Part shown: piece after piece, positions 8,358 to 18,003 of the stretch
Layout of the letters: every line of letters begins with the position of its first letter
Position numbering within the stretch: the first letter of the stretch is position 1
Source: Clostridiales bacterium
Lineage (GTDB): Bacteria; Bacillota; Clostridia; Oscillospirales; CAG-272
Direction: 5' to 3'
Length of the DNA: 64,000 bases
Assembly (NCBI GenBank): GCA_016282315.1
Contig: JAEEKG010000108.1
Coordinates: forward strand, 5,535-69,534
Program-made: the position numbers and the translations under genes
The notes under the pieces: model-generated
The model's database searches: none
What the model was told of the DNA's origin: nothing
Seen by the model: the letters and a program-made list of their open reading frames with translations, nothing else

Positions 8358-9791
8358 TTAATTGTTGTTACCGAGATATTTGACCGTTAAAAACGTGATA
8401 TCGTCACTCTGAGGAGTTTCTTTGACAAAGTCGGATATTGCACCATTTATTGCATTGTGCAAATCTTCTATGCTTGTATAATCCTGTTGATCCATTGTCT
8501 GAATAAACCGTTCTTCACCAAAGAAATCGCCATTTTCATTCCTTGCTTCAGTGACACCGTCAGTATAGAGAGTCATTGTATCTCCCGGGTTCATTACTAA
8601 TTCTTCATCTCTCAAAACTGCATTTGGAAAGCATCCCAATAAGATTCCGGGTTTACAATTCAACTTCTTGTGGTTTTGATTTGAACCAATAATCGGAGGA
8701 TTGTGTCCTGCATTTGAATAGATTACCTTTCCATTTCTCTTATCTATGATAGCAAGAAAGCATGTGACAAACATGCAAGCCGTATTGCCTTTTGAAATGG
8801 ATGTGTTTATTTCCTTCAAAATCTGAGATGGAGTTTTGTCAGCCGAAGCAAAATCCCTGAAAGACGTAATCGTCTTCATCATAAACATTGCTGCAGGCAC
8901 ACCTTTGTCTGAGACATCACCGATAATAACCGCTACGTGGTCGTCGTCAAGTTCAACATAATCGTAAAGGTCACCGCCCACGGCTCTGGCTTCTTTCAGT
9001 TCTCCAATTATTTGCAATGAATCGGAAAAAAGGTTTTCAGATGGCAACGTGCTTACTTGAATATCTTTTGCAACTCCAAGCTCGGTTTTAACTTTTTCCT
9101 GAGCATCATGATCCTTCAAAGACTTGCTGAAGAGGCTGTATGTTCTCTTGTTCAACAGGTTAGATATCATAAACAACATCGATACTATTGCTGCTCTTGG
9201 AAGGTAGTAATAAATAAACGATTTGAAATACCTGTTATTTCCCCTCAGATAAAGGGTTCTGAGCATTTCGTATCTCTCTTCAAAACCATCGACTGTAACA
9301 ACCTTGCCGTTTTCTACGATACCGCCTCCAAGCAGGTTCTGATCGTATTCTCCGAAAAACATTCCGAGATACATACAGACAAGCATGGCAACTATTGTAG
9401 AAAAATACATTATTCTTCCGATTCTCGGATTGTAATAATGATTTGCCATCAATATGGCGATAGGCCAAAGCAAAATTCCGTGTTTTGGAACAGTAATGTT
9501 AACTGCCATCATGACGGCAAGAAGCGAAAACAAAATAAAATATTTAAATGCCGGTTTTCTGATTTTGTCGGTCTTGATAAAAAACAATGGTATCAGAAGG
9601 ATAACGGCCGCTAACGGGAACATTACCAAAACCATTGGGAGAAAATAATCCGGAACCGAAAAGATTCTCAGAATATATAAAACCCACAAAACTAAGGCAA
9701 AGACAGCTGCTGCAGCATTTACATAAATCATCTGCTTGTTAGCATCAGCTTCATTGTCAAGAAACGATTCTACATAAACTTTCTTTTTCAT
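8358..9791 (-). CDS. Membrane-anchored SpoIIE/RsbU-type PP2C serine phosphatase (paralogue 2)
   Basis: N-terminal multi-TM domain, then GGDLYDYV...IGDVSDKGVPAAMFM...LYTDGVTEA...QSDDITFL. The ATG at 9791 lies 8 nt after the STAS stop. The track start at 9803 is a TTG overlapping the STAS gene. Confidence 0.85.
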   Translation of the reverse strand: MKKKVYVESFLDNEADANKQMIYVNAAAAVFALVLWVLYILRIFSVPDYFLPMVLVMFPLAAVILLIPLFFIKTDKIRKPAFKYFILFSLLAVMMAVNITVPKHGILLWPIAILMANHYYNPRIGRIMYFSTIVAMLVCMYLGMFFGEYDQNLLGGGIVENGKVVTVDGFEERYEMLRTLYLRGNNRYFKSFIYYYLPRAAIVSMLFMISNLLNKRTYSLFSKSLKDHDAQEKVKTELGVAKDIQVSTLPSENLFSDSLQIIGELKEARAVGGDLYDYVELDDDHVAVIIGDVSDKGVPAAMFMMKTITSFRDFASADKTPSQILKEINTSISKGNTACMFVTCFLAIIDKRNGKVIYSNAGHNPPIIGSNQNHKKLNCKPGILLGCFPNAVLRDEELVMNPGDTMTLYTDGVTEARNENGDFFGEERFIQTMDQQDYTSIEDLHNAINGAISDFVKETPQSDDITFLTVKYLGNNN

Positions 9792-9799
9792 AAAATGCG

Positions 9800-10093
9800 T
9801 CAAATTCTTTCGATGTTAATTACGTTCTGAAATCCCACCATGTCGAAAATGTCATATACTTCTTCAGATACTTTAACAAGTTTCATTTCTTCGTATTGTT
9901 GCTTTAATCTCACAATGATTCGAAGACCTGCTGATGAAATATACCAGAGTTTTTCCATGTCAAGAATAAGTGAATTGAACTTGCAACCACTCATGACACT
10001 TCTGATTTCTTTTTCTACTTCTTCAGCATTAGCGGAGTTAACTTCTCCCTCTAAATAAATAGTTAATTGTTCATTTTCAAGAATATTCTTCAT
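9800..10093 (-). CDS. STAS-domain anti-anti-sigma factor homologue
   Basis: 97 aa; LWYISSAGLRIIV motif. Confidence 0.8.
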   Translation of the reverse strand: MKNILENEQLTIYLEGEVNSANAEEVEKEIRSVMSGCKFNSLILDMEKLWYISSAGLRIIVRLKQQYEEMKLVKVSEEVYDIFDMVGFQNVINIERI

Positions 10094-10279
10094 AAATAAT
10101 ACAGCTCAAACACACGTAAAAAGTAATATGAACAGAGCTTTGCCTCCTATGTATGTATAGGCTTTCTTTGTCGAAATATTATCGATATGCCACTTATTTT
10201 ATTTCAAGTATAAATACTTACTCAAGTTTATAATAATATAAGAAAAAAGTAAAGTCAATCAAAAATTGTCATTCTGATG

Positions 10280-10309
10280 TTGAATTGGATTCTATATGAG
10301 TGGTAGAAT
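10280..10309 (+). promoter_or_regulatory. Sigma-A-type promoter of the oxidoreductase gene
   Basis: TTGAAT (10280-85), 18-nt spacer, TGG-TAGAAT extended -10 (10301-09). Confidence 0.5.
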
Positions 10310-10339
10310 TATGTGAACAAAAACATGAGGAGAATGAAT

Positions 10340-11599
10340 ATGTCAAACAAAATTTACACTGTTGCAATACTTGGATGCGGCTCCAGGGGAAGCGATACTT
10401 ATGGGAAAAGAGTGTTTGATAAACCAAATGAGTTCAAGATAACAGATTTATGTGAATGCAATCCGGATAGATTACAGGAAGTTCAGAATAGATTCAATAT
10501 AGACTCAGACCATGCATTTGTTGATGAAAACGAATTCTTCAAGTGCAAAAGAGCTGATGTTATATTCATTTGTACCCAGGATAAAGACCATGTCAGACAG
10601 TGTCTGAAAGCTCTTGAATTGGGTTACGATGTTCTTCTTGAAAAACCCATAACTTCAAGCAAGGAAGAATGCTATAAATTGCTTGAAATGCAAGAAAAAA
10701 CAAAAAGAAAAGTATTTGTTTGCCATGTATTGAGATATTCACCAGCATTCTTGAAATCCAAAGAAATTCTCGACTCAGGTGTACTCGGAAGACTAGTAGC
10801 TATCGATGCAGTTGAACAAGTTGCATATTGGCATCAGGCTCACAGCTTTGTAAGAGGAAACTGGAGAAATAGTAAAGAATGTGTTCCGATGATTTTGGCA
10901 AAATGCTGCCATGATTTAGACTATTTACAATATTTTGCAGGTTCTAAGTGCGAAACCGTATCTTCTGTAGGCGATTTGACATTCTTCAAAGAAGAAAATG
11001 CTCCCGAAGGAAGCACAAAGATGTGCATTGATTGTAAGTATCAGGACACATGCGTTTACAGTGCTAAAACTTTGTACTACACAAACTGGAAAAATCATGA
11101 AAACACATGGATTACAAGTGTCATGATGAGATGCAAAGAAAGAACTGAAGAAAACATCCTGAAAGAATTAAAGACAAATCCTTACGGCAGATGCGTTTTC
11201 AGATGCGACAACGATGTTGTTGATCACCAATTCACTCAGATGGCTTTCCAAAACGGAGTCAAAGCCAATCTTCTCATGACAGCGTTCACTCAGAGAGGCG
11301 GAAGAATAATTACATTCTATTGTACATACGGCCAACTGATATTAAACGAAGAAGAAGGACTAATCAAAGTCAAGAAATTCGGTGCTCCAACTGAAAACAT
11401 TGAGATTTCGTCACTAGTCGACCAAGGCTCAGGCCATGGCGGAGGAGATGACGGACTTATAGGCAAACTTCACAGTATGCTTGATGGAGATTTTTCAAAA
11501 GGTACTTCTCTTAAAGAATCTATTGAAAGTCATCTGATGGGTATAGCAAGTGAAGAATCAAGAATCAATCATGGAAAACTGGTTTACGTTCACGAATAA
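10340..11599 (+). CDS. Gfo/Idh/MocA-family NAD(P)-dependent oxidoreductase
   Basis: Rossmann start VAILGCGSRG and an EKP motif (LLEKPIT). ATG at 10340 preceded by GAGGAG. Confidence 0.8.
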   Translation: MSNKIYTVAILGCGSRGSDTYGKRVFDKPNEFKITDLCECNPDRLQEVQNRFNIDSDHAFVDENEFFKCKRADVIFICTQDKDHVRQCLKALELGYDVLLEKPITSSKEECYKLLEMQEKTKRKVFVCHVLRYSPAFLKSKEILDSGVLGRLVAIDAVEQVAYWHQAHSFVRGNWRNSKECVPMILAKCCHDLDYLQYFAGSKCETVSSVGDLTFFKEENAPEGSTKMCIDCKYQDTCVYSAKTLYYTNWKNHENTWITSVMMRCKERTEENILKELKTNPYGRCVFRCDNDVVDHQFTQMAFQNGVKANLLMTAFTQRGGRIITFYCTYGQLILNEEEGLIKVKKFGAPTENIEISSLVDQGSGHGGGDDGLIGKLHSMLDGDFSKGTSLKESIESHLMGIASEESRINHGKLVYVHE

Positions 11600-11617
11600 T
11601 ATTTGATTATATTCAAT

Positions 11618-11641
11618 AGGCTCCGAACTAACTCGGAGCCT
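11618..11641. terminator. Bidirectional terminator hairpin between convergent genes
   Basis: aggctccga / tcggagcct, 9-bp stem with a 6-nt loop. Confidence 0.6.
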
Positions 11642-11649
11642 GTTCTGTT

Positions 11650-13344
11650 CTATTCTTCTACAGCTGCTTTTTGTGACAAAATCGCCTTTATTCTTTCGGG
11701 ATTTACTTTGGGTACTCTATTGTACCTGCAAATGCCGTTCTTCTCTTGCTCAACATCGGTAAACTGAGTAAAGCAGAATCCCCAAATTGTATTGTTAAAC
11801 ATAAATGTCTCGCAAGTATTCTTTATTTGTCTTACAAGATCATCTTCATCTTTTGCCATTTTCTCTCGGATGCACCACTCAGGACCACCCGGTTCAATGA
11901 GCCAAATAGCACCCATTTCACTTATGAAGACCGGCTTACCCGGGAATGATTTCGGCAGATCAATATCTTCTCCCCGCATTAATGGGTCATATCTTTCGTG
12001 AAGGGCCTTTAAATCTCTTTCTGTTTCGTGATAATCAAAAATATCTGACGTTCCTTCGTGCCACCAGCCGGATGCGTCTATGCATGGACGCGTTCTGTCA
12101 AGAGAATGTGTGAGCTGGACAAGATAGTGTACGAAATCTTTATTTTGAAGTTTGCTTGATTCGTTTAAAGGACACCAACCAATTATAGACGGGTGATTGT
12201 AGTCTCGATTAATCTCTTCAGTCCACTCCGGGATAAACCCCTGCCAAGCCGTTGGTAAAGAAGTGTTCAGTCCCCAACTTGCATGCTCTCCCCAGACTAG
12301 ATATCCCAATCTGTCGCAGTGATACAAGAATCTTTCTTCAAAAATCTTTTGATGGAGTCTGGCTCCGTTAAATCCAAAGGACTTAGACAGCTTTATATCG
12401 TTTATCATAGCTTTATCTGACGGAGCTGTAATAATTCCATCCGGATAAAAACCTTGATCCAGAACCAATCTCTGGAATACGGATTTGCCGTTCAACCTGA
12501 ATCTTCCGTTCTCATACGATACTTCTCTCATGCCAAAATAGCTTTTGACTGTATCGTCTTTCAATGTGAATACGATGTCATATAGATTCGGATGGTCAAA
12601 ATCCCACAAATGAAGTTTTGACAATTTCAAGTTGATTGTTGCATTTCTACCGCAAACTACAGCGCTGTCCTGTCCTACTAACTTGCCCTTGTATTTTACC
12701 TCAGCATTCAATGTCAGTCCGTCAGCGCCAAAACAATAAGCATCGATAAAAATAGATGAATGGCCGCAGTCAGGAGTCATCTTAACACTCTTTATATATT
12801 CATTCGGAACAAATTCAAGCCATACAGTCTGCCATATACCTGTTGTCCTTGTGTAGCTGCATCGCTCGGATTTATATGCATAGCACTGTTTTCCGCTTGG
12901 CTGTGTTCCAGTTCTCTGATAGTCTTCTGCTCTTACAACAAGAAGATTGCTTCCCTCTTTTACGTAATCAGTGATATCGAATGAAAAGGAAATATATCCG
13001 CCTATGTGAGATCCGACTTCTTTTGAGTTTACCCACACTGTAGTTCTGTAGTCGCAAGCACCAAAGTGGAGTATGGTTCTCCCATTAATTTTTTCAACAT
13101 CAAATGTTTTCCTATACCATACACATTCCATAAAATCTTTGATGCCAAGTCCGGACAATTCACTTTCCGGCGAGAATGGGACTGTTATGGTTTTATCGTA
13201 TACATTTTTTCCCGATTCAAGATGCATTCCTCGCTCAACGCCGCTCTTGCCTGAGTCAATTGAAAAAAGCCATTTTCCATTGAGATTTTGCCAAGTGTCG
13301 CGCAAGAATTGAGGCTTTGGGTGTTCACTTCTTGGAATAGCCAT
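11650..13344 (-). CDS. Glycoside hydrolase family 2 (beta-galactosidase/beta-mannosidase/glucuronidase-like, short form)
   Basis: 564 aa. N-terminal sugar-binding jelly-roll, then a TIM barrel with WCPLNESS (acid/base) and FISEMGA (nucleophile). Confidence 0.75.
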   Translation of the reverse strand: MAIPRSEHPKPQFLRDTWQNLNGKWLFSIDSGKSGVERGMHLESGKNVYDKTITVPFSPESELSGLGIKDFMECVWYRKTFDVEKINGRTILHFGACDYRTTVWVNSKEVGSHIGGYISFSFDITDYVKEGSNLLVVRAEDYQRTGTQPSGKQCYAYKSERCSYTRTTGIWQTVWLEFVPNEYIKSVKMTPDCGHSSIFIDAYCFGADGLTLNAEVKYKGKLVGQDSAVVCGRNATINLKLSKLHLWDFDHPNLYDIVFTLKDDTVKSYFGMREVSYENGRFRLNGKSVFQRLVLDQGFYPDGIITAPSDKAMINDIKLSKSFGFNGARLHQKIFEERFLYHCDRLGYLVWGEHASWGLNTSLPTAWQGFIPEWTEEINRDYNHPSIIGWCPLNESSKLQNKDFVHYLVQLTHSLDRTRPCIDASGWWHEGTSDIFDYHETERDLKALHERYDPLMRGEDIDLPKSFPGKPVFISEMGAIWLIEPGGPEWCIREKMAKDEDDLVRQIKNTCETFMFNNTIWGFCFTQFTDVEQEKNGICRYNRVPKVNPERIKAILSQKAAVEE

Positions 13345-13447
13345 AGTTAATTCACCTTTCTATTGAATAGTTATCTGCAAACATATTTTACCATAGCGCC
13401 CGAAATATTCATAGTTTTTTTAACAAATAACAAAATGTTGTTTTTGT

Positions 13448-13476
13448 TTGACAGTAATTATTCGGGCAGATATAAT
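13448..13476 (+). promoter_or_regulatory. Consensus sigma-A promoter
   Basis: TTGACA (13448-53), 17-nt spacer, TATAAT (13471-76). Confidence 0.7.
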
Positions 13477-13507
13477 TTAGAAGAAAAATATGGATTGGGG
13501 AATGCAT

Positions 13508-14575
13508 ATGAAAACAAGATGGACCGAAGCTGAAGCCTGGGCATGGCAAAAAGAAGTTGGCTGGCTCAGAGGGTGTAATTTCATTGGAAGCGACTGCTGC
13601 AGCAGAATAGATATGTGGCAAAGCTACAAGAGCGAAGAACATTTGAAAACTGCAGAAAAAGAACTTTGTTTATGCGAAAAAATAGGGTTTAACACAGTCA
13701 GGCTTATAGTTGAGTTTGATGTATGGCTGCAGGAAAGAGAGTCATTTTTAGACATACTTGAAAAATACATATCCCTTTGTGACAAGTACAATCAAAAAGT
13801 AATGATTGTTTTGGCAAATGAAGCTCAGCTTTGCAGAGGAGATAAATACTCTCCTAAACCGCTCGGAGAACAAACATATGCCCTGGGTTATCACCAAGGA
13901 AGATTTCCTTTGACAGAAGAACAAAAAGCATTGACGCCTTATCATGAACTTGAAAGAAAAGAAACAAAAGACAAGTATCTTGAAATGGTAACTGAAATAG
14001 TCGGAAAATACAGAGAAGACAAAAGAATTATTTGTTGGAATGTATATAACGAGCCCGGAATCACAATTGGTGTAGAACGTTCAATCCCCCTGATAAAGCT
14101 TATGTTTGAAACAGTAAGAAAAATGGATCCTTCTCAGCCTCTTTGTGCAGATGTATACTACTGGACTGGATATAAAACATTCAGGGCAAATGAACAAGTA
14201 TGTGTGGATCTTTCTGATGTCATATCATGGCATTGCTACAAACCCTTGGAAAGATTTGTAGTTGATTATGAGGATTTGAAAAAGCTCGGCCGCCCGATTC
14301 TTTTGACAGAATGGCTTAACAGAATACAAAAACAATATGTGAGGGAAATATATCCTGTTCTGTATCTGGAAAGAATTAATTGCTGGTGCTGGGGTTTTGT
14401 CGCAGGCAAAACACAGACATATGAGCCGTGGGACTCATTGTGGGATCAATATGAATTGTCAAATGGCACAAAAGACTTTGATTTCACATCATGGCAACAC
14501 GATTTGTTCAGGCCCAGTTTAAGACCTTACAATCCTAAAGAAATAGAACTGATAACTGATTTCAACAACAAATAA
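13508..14575 (+). CDS. Clan GH-A (GH5-like) glycoside hydrolase
   Basis: WNVYNEPG (acid/base NEP) and LLTEW (nucleophile). The ATG at 13508 follows GGGGA. The track ATG at 13490 would sit ~7 nt from the predicted TSS without an RBS. Confidence 0.65.
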   Translation: MKTRWTEAEAWAWQKEVGWLRGCNFIGSDCCSRIDMWQSYKSEEHLKTAEKELCLCEKIGFNTVRLIVEFDVWLQERESFLDILEKYISLCDKYNQKVMIVLANEAQLCRGDKYSPKPLGEQTYALGYHQGRFPLTEEQKALTPYHELERKETKDKYLEMVTEIVGKYREDKRIICWNVYNEPGITIGVERSIPLIKLMFETVRKMDPSQPLCADVYYWTGYKTFRANEQVCVDLSDVISWHCYKPLERFVVDYEDLKKLGRPILLTEWLNRIQKQYVREIYPVLYLERINCWCWGFVAGKTQTYEPWDSLWDQYELSNGTKDFDFTSWQHDLFRPSLRPYNPKEIELITDFNNK

Positions 14576-14585
14576 TAAAAAAGAT

Positions 14586-14627
14586 AACTGCTTACAAACT
14601 CTAATCTGTTCGTAAGCAGTTTTTTTG
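14586..14627 (+). terminator. Rho-independent terminator
   Basis: aactgcttac / gtaagcagtt 10-bp stem followed by a T-run. Confidence 0.75.
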
Positions 14628-14631
14628 TGTC

Positions 14632-15687
14632 TTATTTTCTGAATGCCTGAGTGTCGTACCTTCCGTTTTCCATGTTGCAGAAATCGAAATATCCTCTTGT
14701 CCAGGCATATCTGCCTTTGCCGTCATCCAATGTTATTCTGCCATATCTGTCATAAAGACCAGAAACGGTTAAAACAGCTTCGGTAATCTTTTCTCCAACA
14801 TGTTCAGCTGTTGCAACGACAGTGTGGCGACCATATGTAGTATAGCAAATTCTCTCTACAGGTGAGCACTTTATATGTACTTCTTCCCCTTCGGTCCACA
14901 GTTCATATATTTCAGGACCCATTGAAGCATAAAAATCTCCATCTTCAAGGGCTTTCATGATTGAGTTGTACTCAAGTTTTTCGGATTTTATCATGATAAA
15001 TCCGCCGCATGAATCCCAACGGGGATGTCCTTCCGGGAATCTGTCATGGTTGTCGTCTGTTGCCATACAAGCAATCTTGTTGCCTCTTCTCAGCATATCA
15101 TCATAAACGTGATGGTTGATTTCAGGGTATCCGGCTACAAAACTACTATTGTTAAATATTTCCATAGCGAATACACCCTTGATGTTTCTGTAATCATCAA
15201 GATCCTGCTCTGACCATGTCGGATGGTTGTAGCATGCTAGAAAGCCTTCAGCACAAGTTTTTTCAATGATATCATTTACATTCTTATAGTTTCTCTCATA
15301 ATCCGGTGTTCCAGTGTATTGCTGCTTTTCTCTTAAGTCTGCATGATTGTCAGGAATATACTTAGGATTAAAGCACGGCATCTTAGTATTGTGAGGGTCT
15401 TTAGAATAGAAACAAATGTGTGTACACGGAGTGTGATTCCACGCTCTATCGCCTTTTTCATCATTTACATCCATTTCATATCCCGTAATGGCCATAAAAT
15501 TCTCATCATTTAAATCTGAATGATCGATAAGTACATTGTGATCCGTAAAAGCGACAATTGAATAACCATATCTTTTGTATACTTCTTTTAATTGTTCAAC
15601 AGTATAATGTCCATCAGATAAAACACTGTGACAATGCATATTTGCTTTGTAAAAATTTCCTTTTTCAGGCAATAGGTAATGTCTCAT
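14632..15687 (-). CDS. PHP-domain metal-dependent phosphoesterase
   Basis: ANMHCHSVLSDGH and AFTDHN motifs. ATG at 15687 with AGGAGAG RBS. The track's longer N-terminus overlaps the upstream aldolase gene. Confidence 0.7.
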   Translation of the reverse strand: MRHYLLPEKGNFYKANMHCHSVLSDGHYTVEQLKEVYKRYGYSIVAFTDHNVLIDHSDLNDENFMAITGYEMDVNDEKGDRAWNHTPCTHICFYSKDPHNTKMPCFNPKYIPDNHADLREKQQYTGTPDYERNYKNVNDIIEKTCAEGFLACYNHPTWSEQDLDDYRNIKGVFAMEIFNNSSFVAGYPEINHHVYDDMLRRGNKIACMATDDNHDRFPEGHPRWDSCGGFIMIKSEKLEYNSIMKALEDGDFYASMGPEIYELWTEGEEVHIKCSPVERICYTTYGRHTVVATAEHVGEKITEAVLTVSGLYDRYGRITLDDGKGRYAWTRGYFDFCNMENGRYDTQAFRK

Positions 15688-15704
15688 TTTTCTCTCCTCA
15701 ATTG

Positions 15705-16472
15705 TTATATTTTTTTCAGCTTGTTTGACAATTCCGATGCTCCGCTTTGAACAAATCCATAGTCGCATCCGACAAAGAATATTGTTGCGCCTAGTTTTTT
15801 CCACATCTTCAGCCACTCTTCATCATAGAAGGTTGCAACACCAAACGGCTTATTTGCTTTTCTCAAAACTTCTGCAGCCTTTTCATAGATTTTAATGAGC
15901 TTTTCGTCTTTGACTTGACCGATAAGACCAACAGAACCTGACAAATCATTTGGACCGAAAACAAAAGCGTCGACTCCTTCAACTTTTACAATATTTTCAA
16001 GGTCTTCAATTGCGTCTATATGCTCCAATTGAAGCACTCTCAAACAATTCCTATACGTTTTTGTTACATACTCCATTTGTGGAATTCTGCCATAACCTGA
16101 AGCTCGCATAGGTCCATATCCTCTTACTCCTTTAGGAGGATATTCGCATGCTTCGACTGCTTTTTTGGCGTCTTCTGCACTTCTTATGTACGGGAATATA
16201 ATGCCTTCAGCTCCCATGTCAAGTACGGGTTTAGCAAGCACCGGATCATTCCACGGAATTCTGACCCAAGCAGGTACTCCTGCTGCTCTAGATGCAATTA
16301 GATTGTTCTGCAAAACTGTGCCTGAGATTGGTGAGTGTTCGCAATCAATCCACAACACATCAAATCCTGATTGTCCCACAGCTTCAGTCACAGCAGTGTC
16401 GCCAATACATATAAGAGTTCCGTTTACTTGCTGTTTATTATCCAATTTTGTTTTAAGTTCAGCATTTGTCAT
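15705..16472 (-). CDS. HpcH/HpaI-family 2-keto-3-deoxy-sugar-acid aldolase
   Basis: GFDVLWIDCEHSPI, VRIPWNDP, IIFPYIRSAEDA, FGPNDLS. Confidence 0.75.
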   Translation of the reverse strand: MTNAELKTKLDNKQQVNGTLICIGDTAVTEAVGQSGFDVLWIDCEHSPISGTVLQNNLIASRAAGVPAWVRIPWNDPVLAKPVLDMGAEGIIFPYIRSAEDAKKAVEACEYPPKGVRGYGPMRASGYGRIPQMEYVTKTYRNCLRVLQLEHIDAIEDLENIVKVEGVDAFVFGPNDLSGSVGLIGQVKDEKLIKIYEKAAEVLRKANKPFGVATFYDEEWLKMWKKLGATIFFVGCDYGFVQSGASELSNKLKKI

Positions 16473-16499
16473 AATGGTTCTCCAATTAATAATGCCTTT

Positions 16500-17879
16500 T
16501 TAATAGTTAGCTTTTGCCAAAGTGTGCATTTCCTCTTTTTTGATATACATTTGCCTGTCAGCATCTTTCATCAATTCGGGAATTGTTCTGACTGTTAAAT
16601 CTTCAGAATAAGCAAATCCGTAAGATACGCTGATGTCTTTTTCTTCCTGCATTTTTACAAAGCGAACGATCATATCCTGAACAGTTTCAATTGAAACGTT
16701 TTCTATAACTACCACAAATTCGTCTCCTCCGAATCTGTAGCATTTCTTTCTGTTGTTATTGCAGAAACACTCAGTTATTACATCTGCTGTTTTAACAATC
16801 AGTTTATCTCCTTCTTCGTGTCCCTTTTTGTCATTTGTAACTTTAAGCAAATTAAGATCAAAGAATAATAAAGCAGCAGATCCTGTATGGGATTCCATGT
16901 CAACCATGTCTCTTTCCCAAGCATAGCGGTTAGCGGTAGTTGTCAAAGTATCTGTTTCAGCTGCAAACCTCAAAATGTTTTCAAGTGAATTTCTGCGCTT
17001 TATGGCATTGTTGTATGACCTTGCCAAAAGCCTTGTTTCTCTTGGTCCTTTCTTGTCATTCAAGTAATTGTCATGTTTGATTAGTTCACTGTACAAAATT
17101 AATGGCTTGATAAGTACTCTATACGAAATAGTAGAAACAACTGAAATAACAACTACAACCGACAATGTCAATACCCACAACAATATTCTTATCAGATTGA
17201 CAGAATTGCCAAGTGACTGAGTAAATTTGTTGCTCTCTTCCTGTAGAATTCCGTTACATTGTCCTATGTTTCTTGAAACTATACCTTTATCTTCGGAAAA
17301 CTCATTTGAAAACAGCATTTTTTTAGCAGTTTCCAGCTTTTCTTCATCTGTCATTGCTTTCTCGGACTCACTGAGTTCAGGTAATACTATCGTTTTGAGT
17401 TCTGCAAAGCCTTCAGGAAAAGGATATACGGATGCAACCAGGGCTATCGCTTTGTTTTGGGTTTCAAGCATCCTGCTTGAACTCTCAACTGCCTGATCTA
17501 ATAACTCTTGAGCCCTAGGTGAGATATCAAATTGCTTAACAGCTTGTTTGATGCTATCTCCTCTGTGACTGGGTTCTGCCATTTCTTTGGCATATGCCAT
17601 CAAAGCAGATATATTTATATGTCCGGCTTCATCATTTGGCATTACAACATAAGTAGTAGCAGAAGCTGAAAGTACACTAGATCCTGAAATCAAAGATGTC
17701 AATATGCTTGATCTCTGACCGTTTTTGGCGTTAGTTTCTGCCAAAGTGGTGGTACGGTTGTTAATCGACCATATAGAAGCAATAATTGCTATGTGCAGTA
17801 TTGCCAATATGATAGCAGTTGGAATATACAGAGTTTTAAGTGATACTCCATTTATTTTTCTAGTTGAATTTTTATCCAT
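16500..17879 (-). CDS. Diguanylate cyclase (GGDEF) with N-terminal TM-bounded extracytoplasmic sensor region
   Basis: Active-site RFGGDEFVV. Two TM segments flank a ~230-aa domain. No RxxD I-site 5 residues upstream (the sequence there is RKKC). The start is uncertain (ATG 17879 or TTG 17951). Confidence 0.85.
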   Translation of the reverse strand: MDKNSTRKINGVSLKTLYIPTAIILAILHIAIIASIWSINNRTTTLAETNAKNGQRSSILTSLISGSSVLSASATTYVVMPNDEAGHINISALMAYAKEMAEPSHRGDSIKQAVKQFDISPRAQELLDQAVESSSRMLETQNKAIALVASVYPFPEGFAELKTIVLPELSESEKAMTDEEKLETAKKMLFSNEFSEDKGIVSRNIGQCNGILQEESNKFTQSLGNSVNLIRILLWVLTLSVVVVISVVSTISYRVLIKPLILYSELIKHDNYLNDKKGPRETRLLARSYNNAIKRRNSLENILRFAAETDTLTTTANRYAWERDMVDMESHTGSAALLFFDLNLLKVTNDKKGHEEGDKLIVKTADVITECFCNNNRKKCYRFGGDEFVVVIENVSIETVQDMIVRFVKMQEEKDISVSYGFAYSEDLTVRTIPELMKDADRQMYIKKEEMHTLAKANY

Positions 17880-18003
17880 TATCTTTTCTGCCTTTTGCGA
17901 TAATTGTTGAGTGAAAAATACATTGAAATTATATACGTGCTCAATCAACAAATCTATTGATTATATTACCGAATTTTCTTCCCTATATTTGACAACATGC
18001 CTT

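Noticed and set aside
15688-15816. 43-codon N-terminal extension of the PHP gene in the ORF track, overlapping the aldolase gene by 112 nt
   Set aside because: An internal ATG at 15687 has an AGGAGAG RBS and begins directly at the conserved region. The extension has no RBS and would overlap the upstream CDS.
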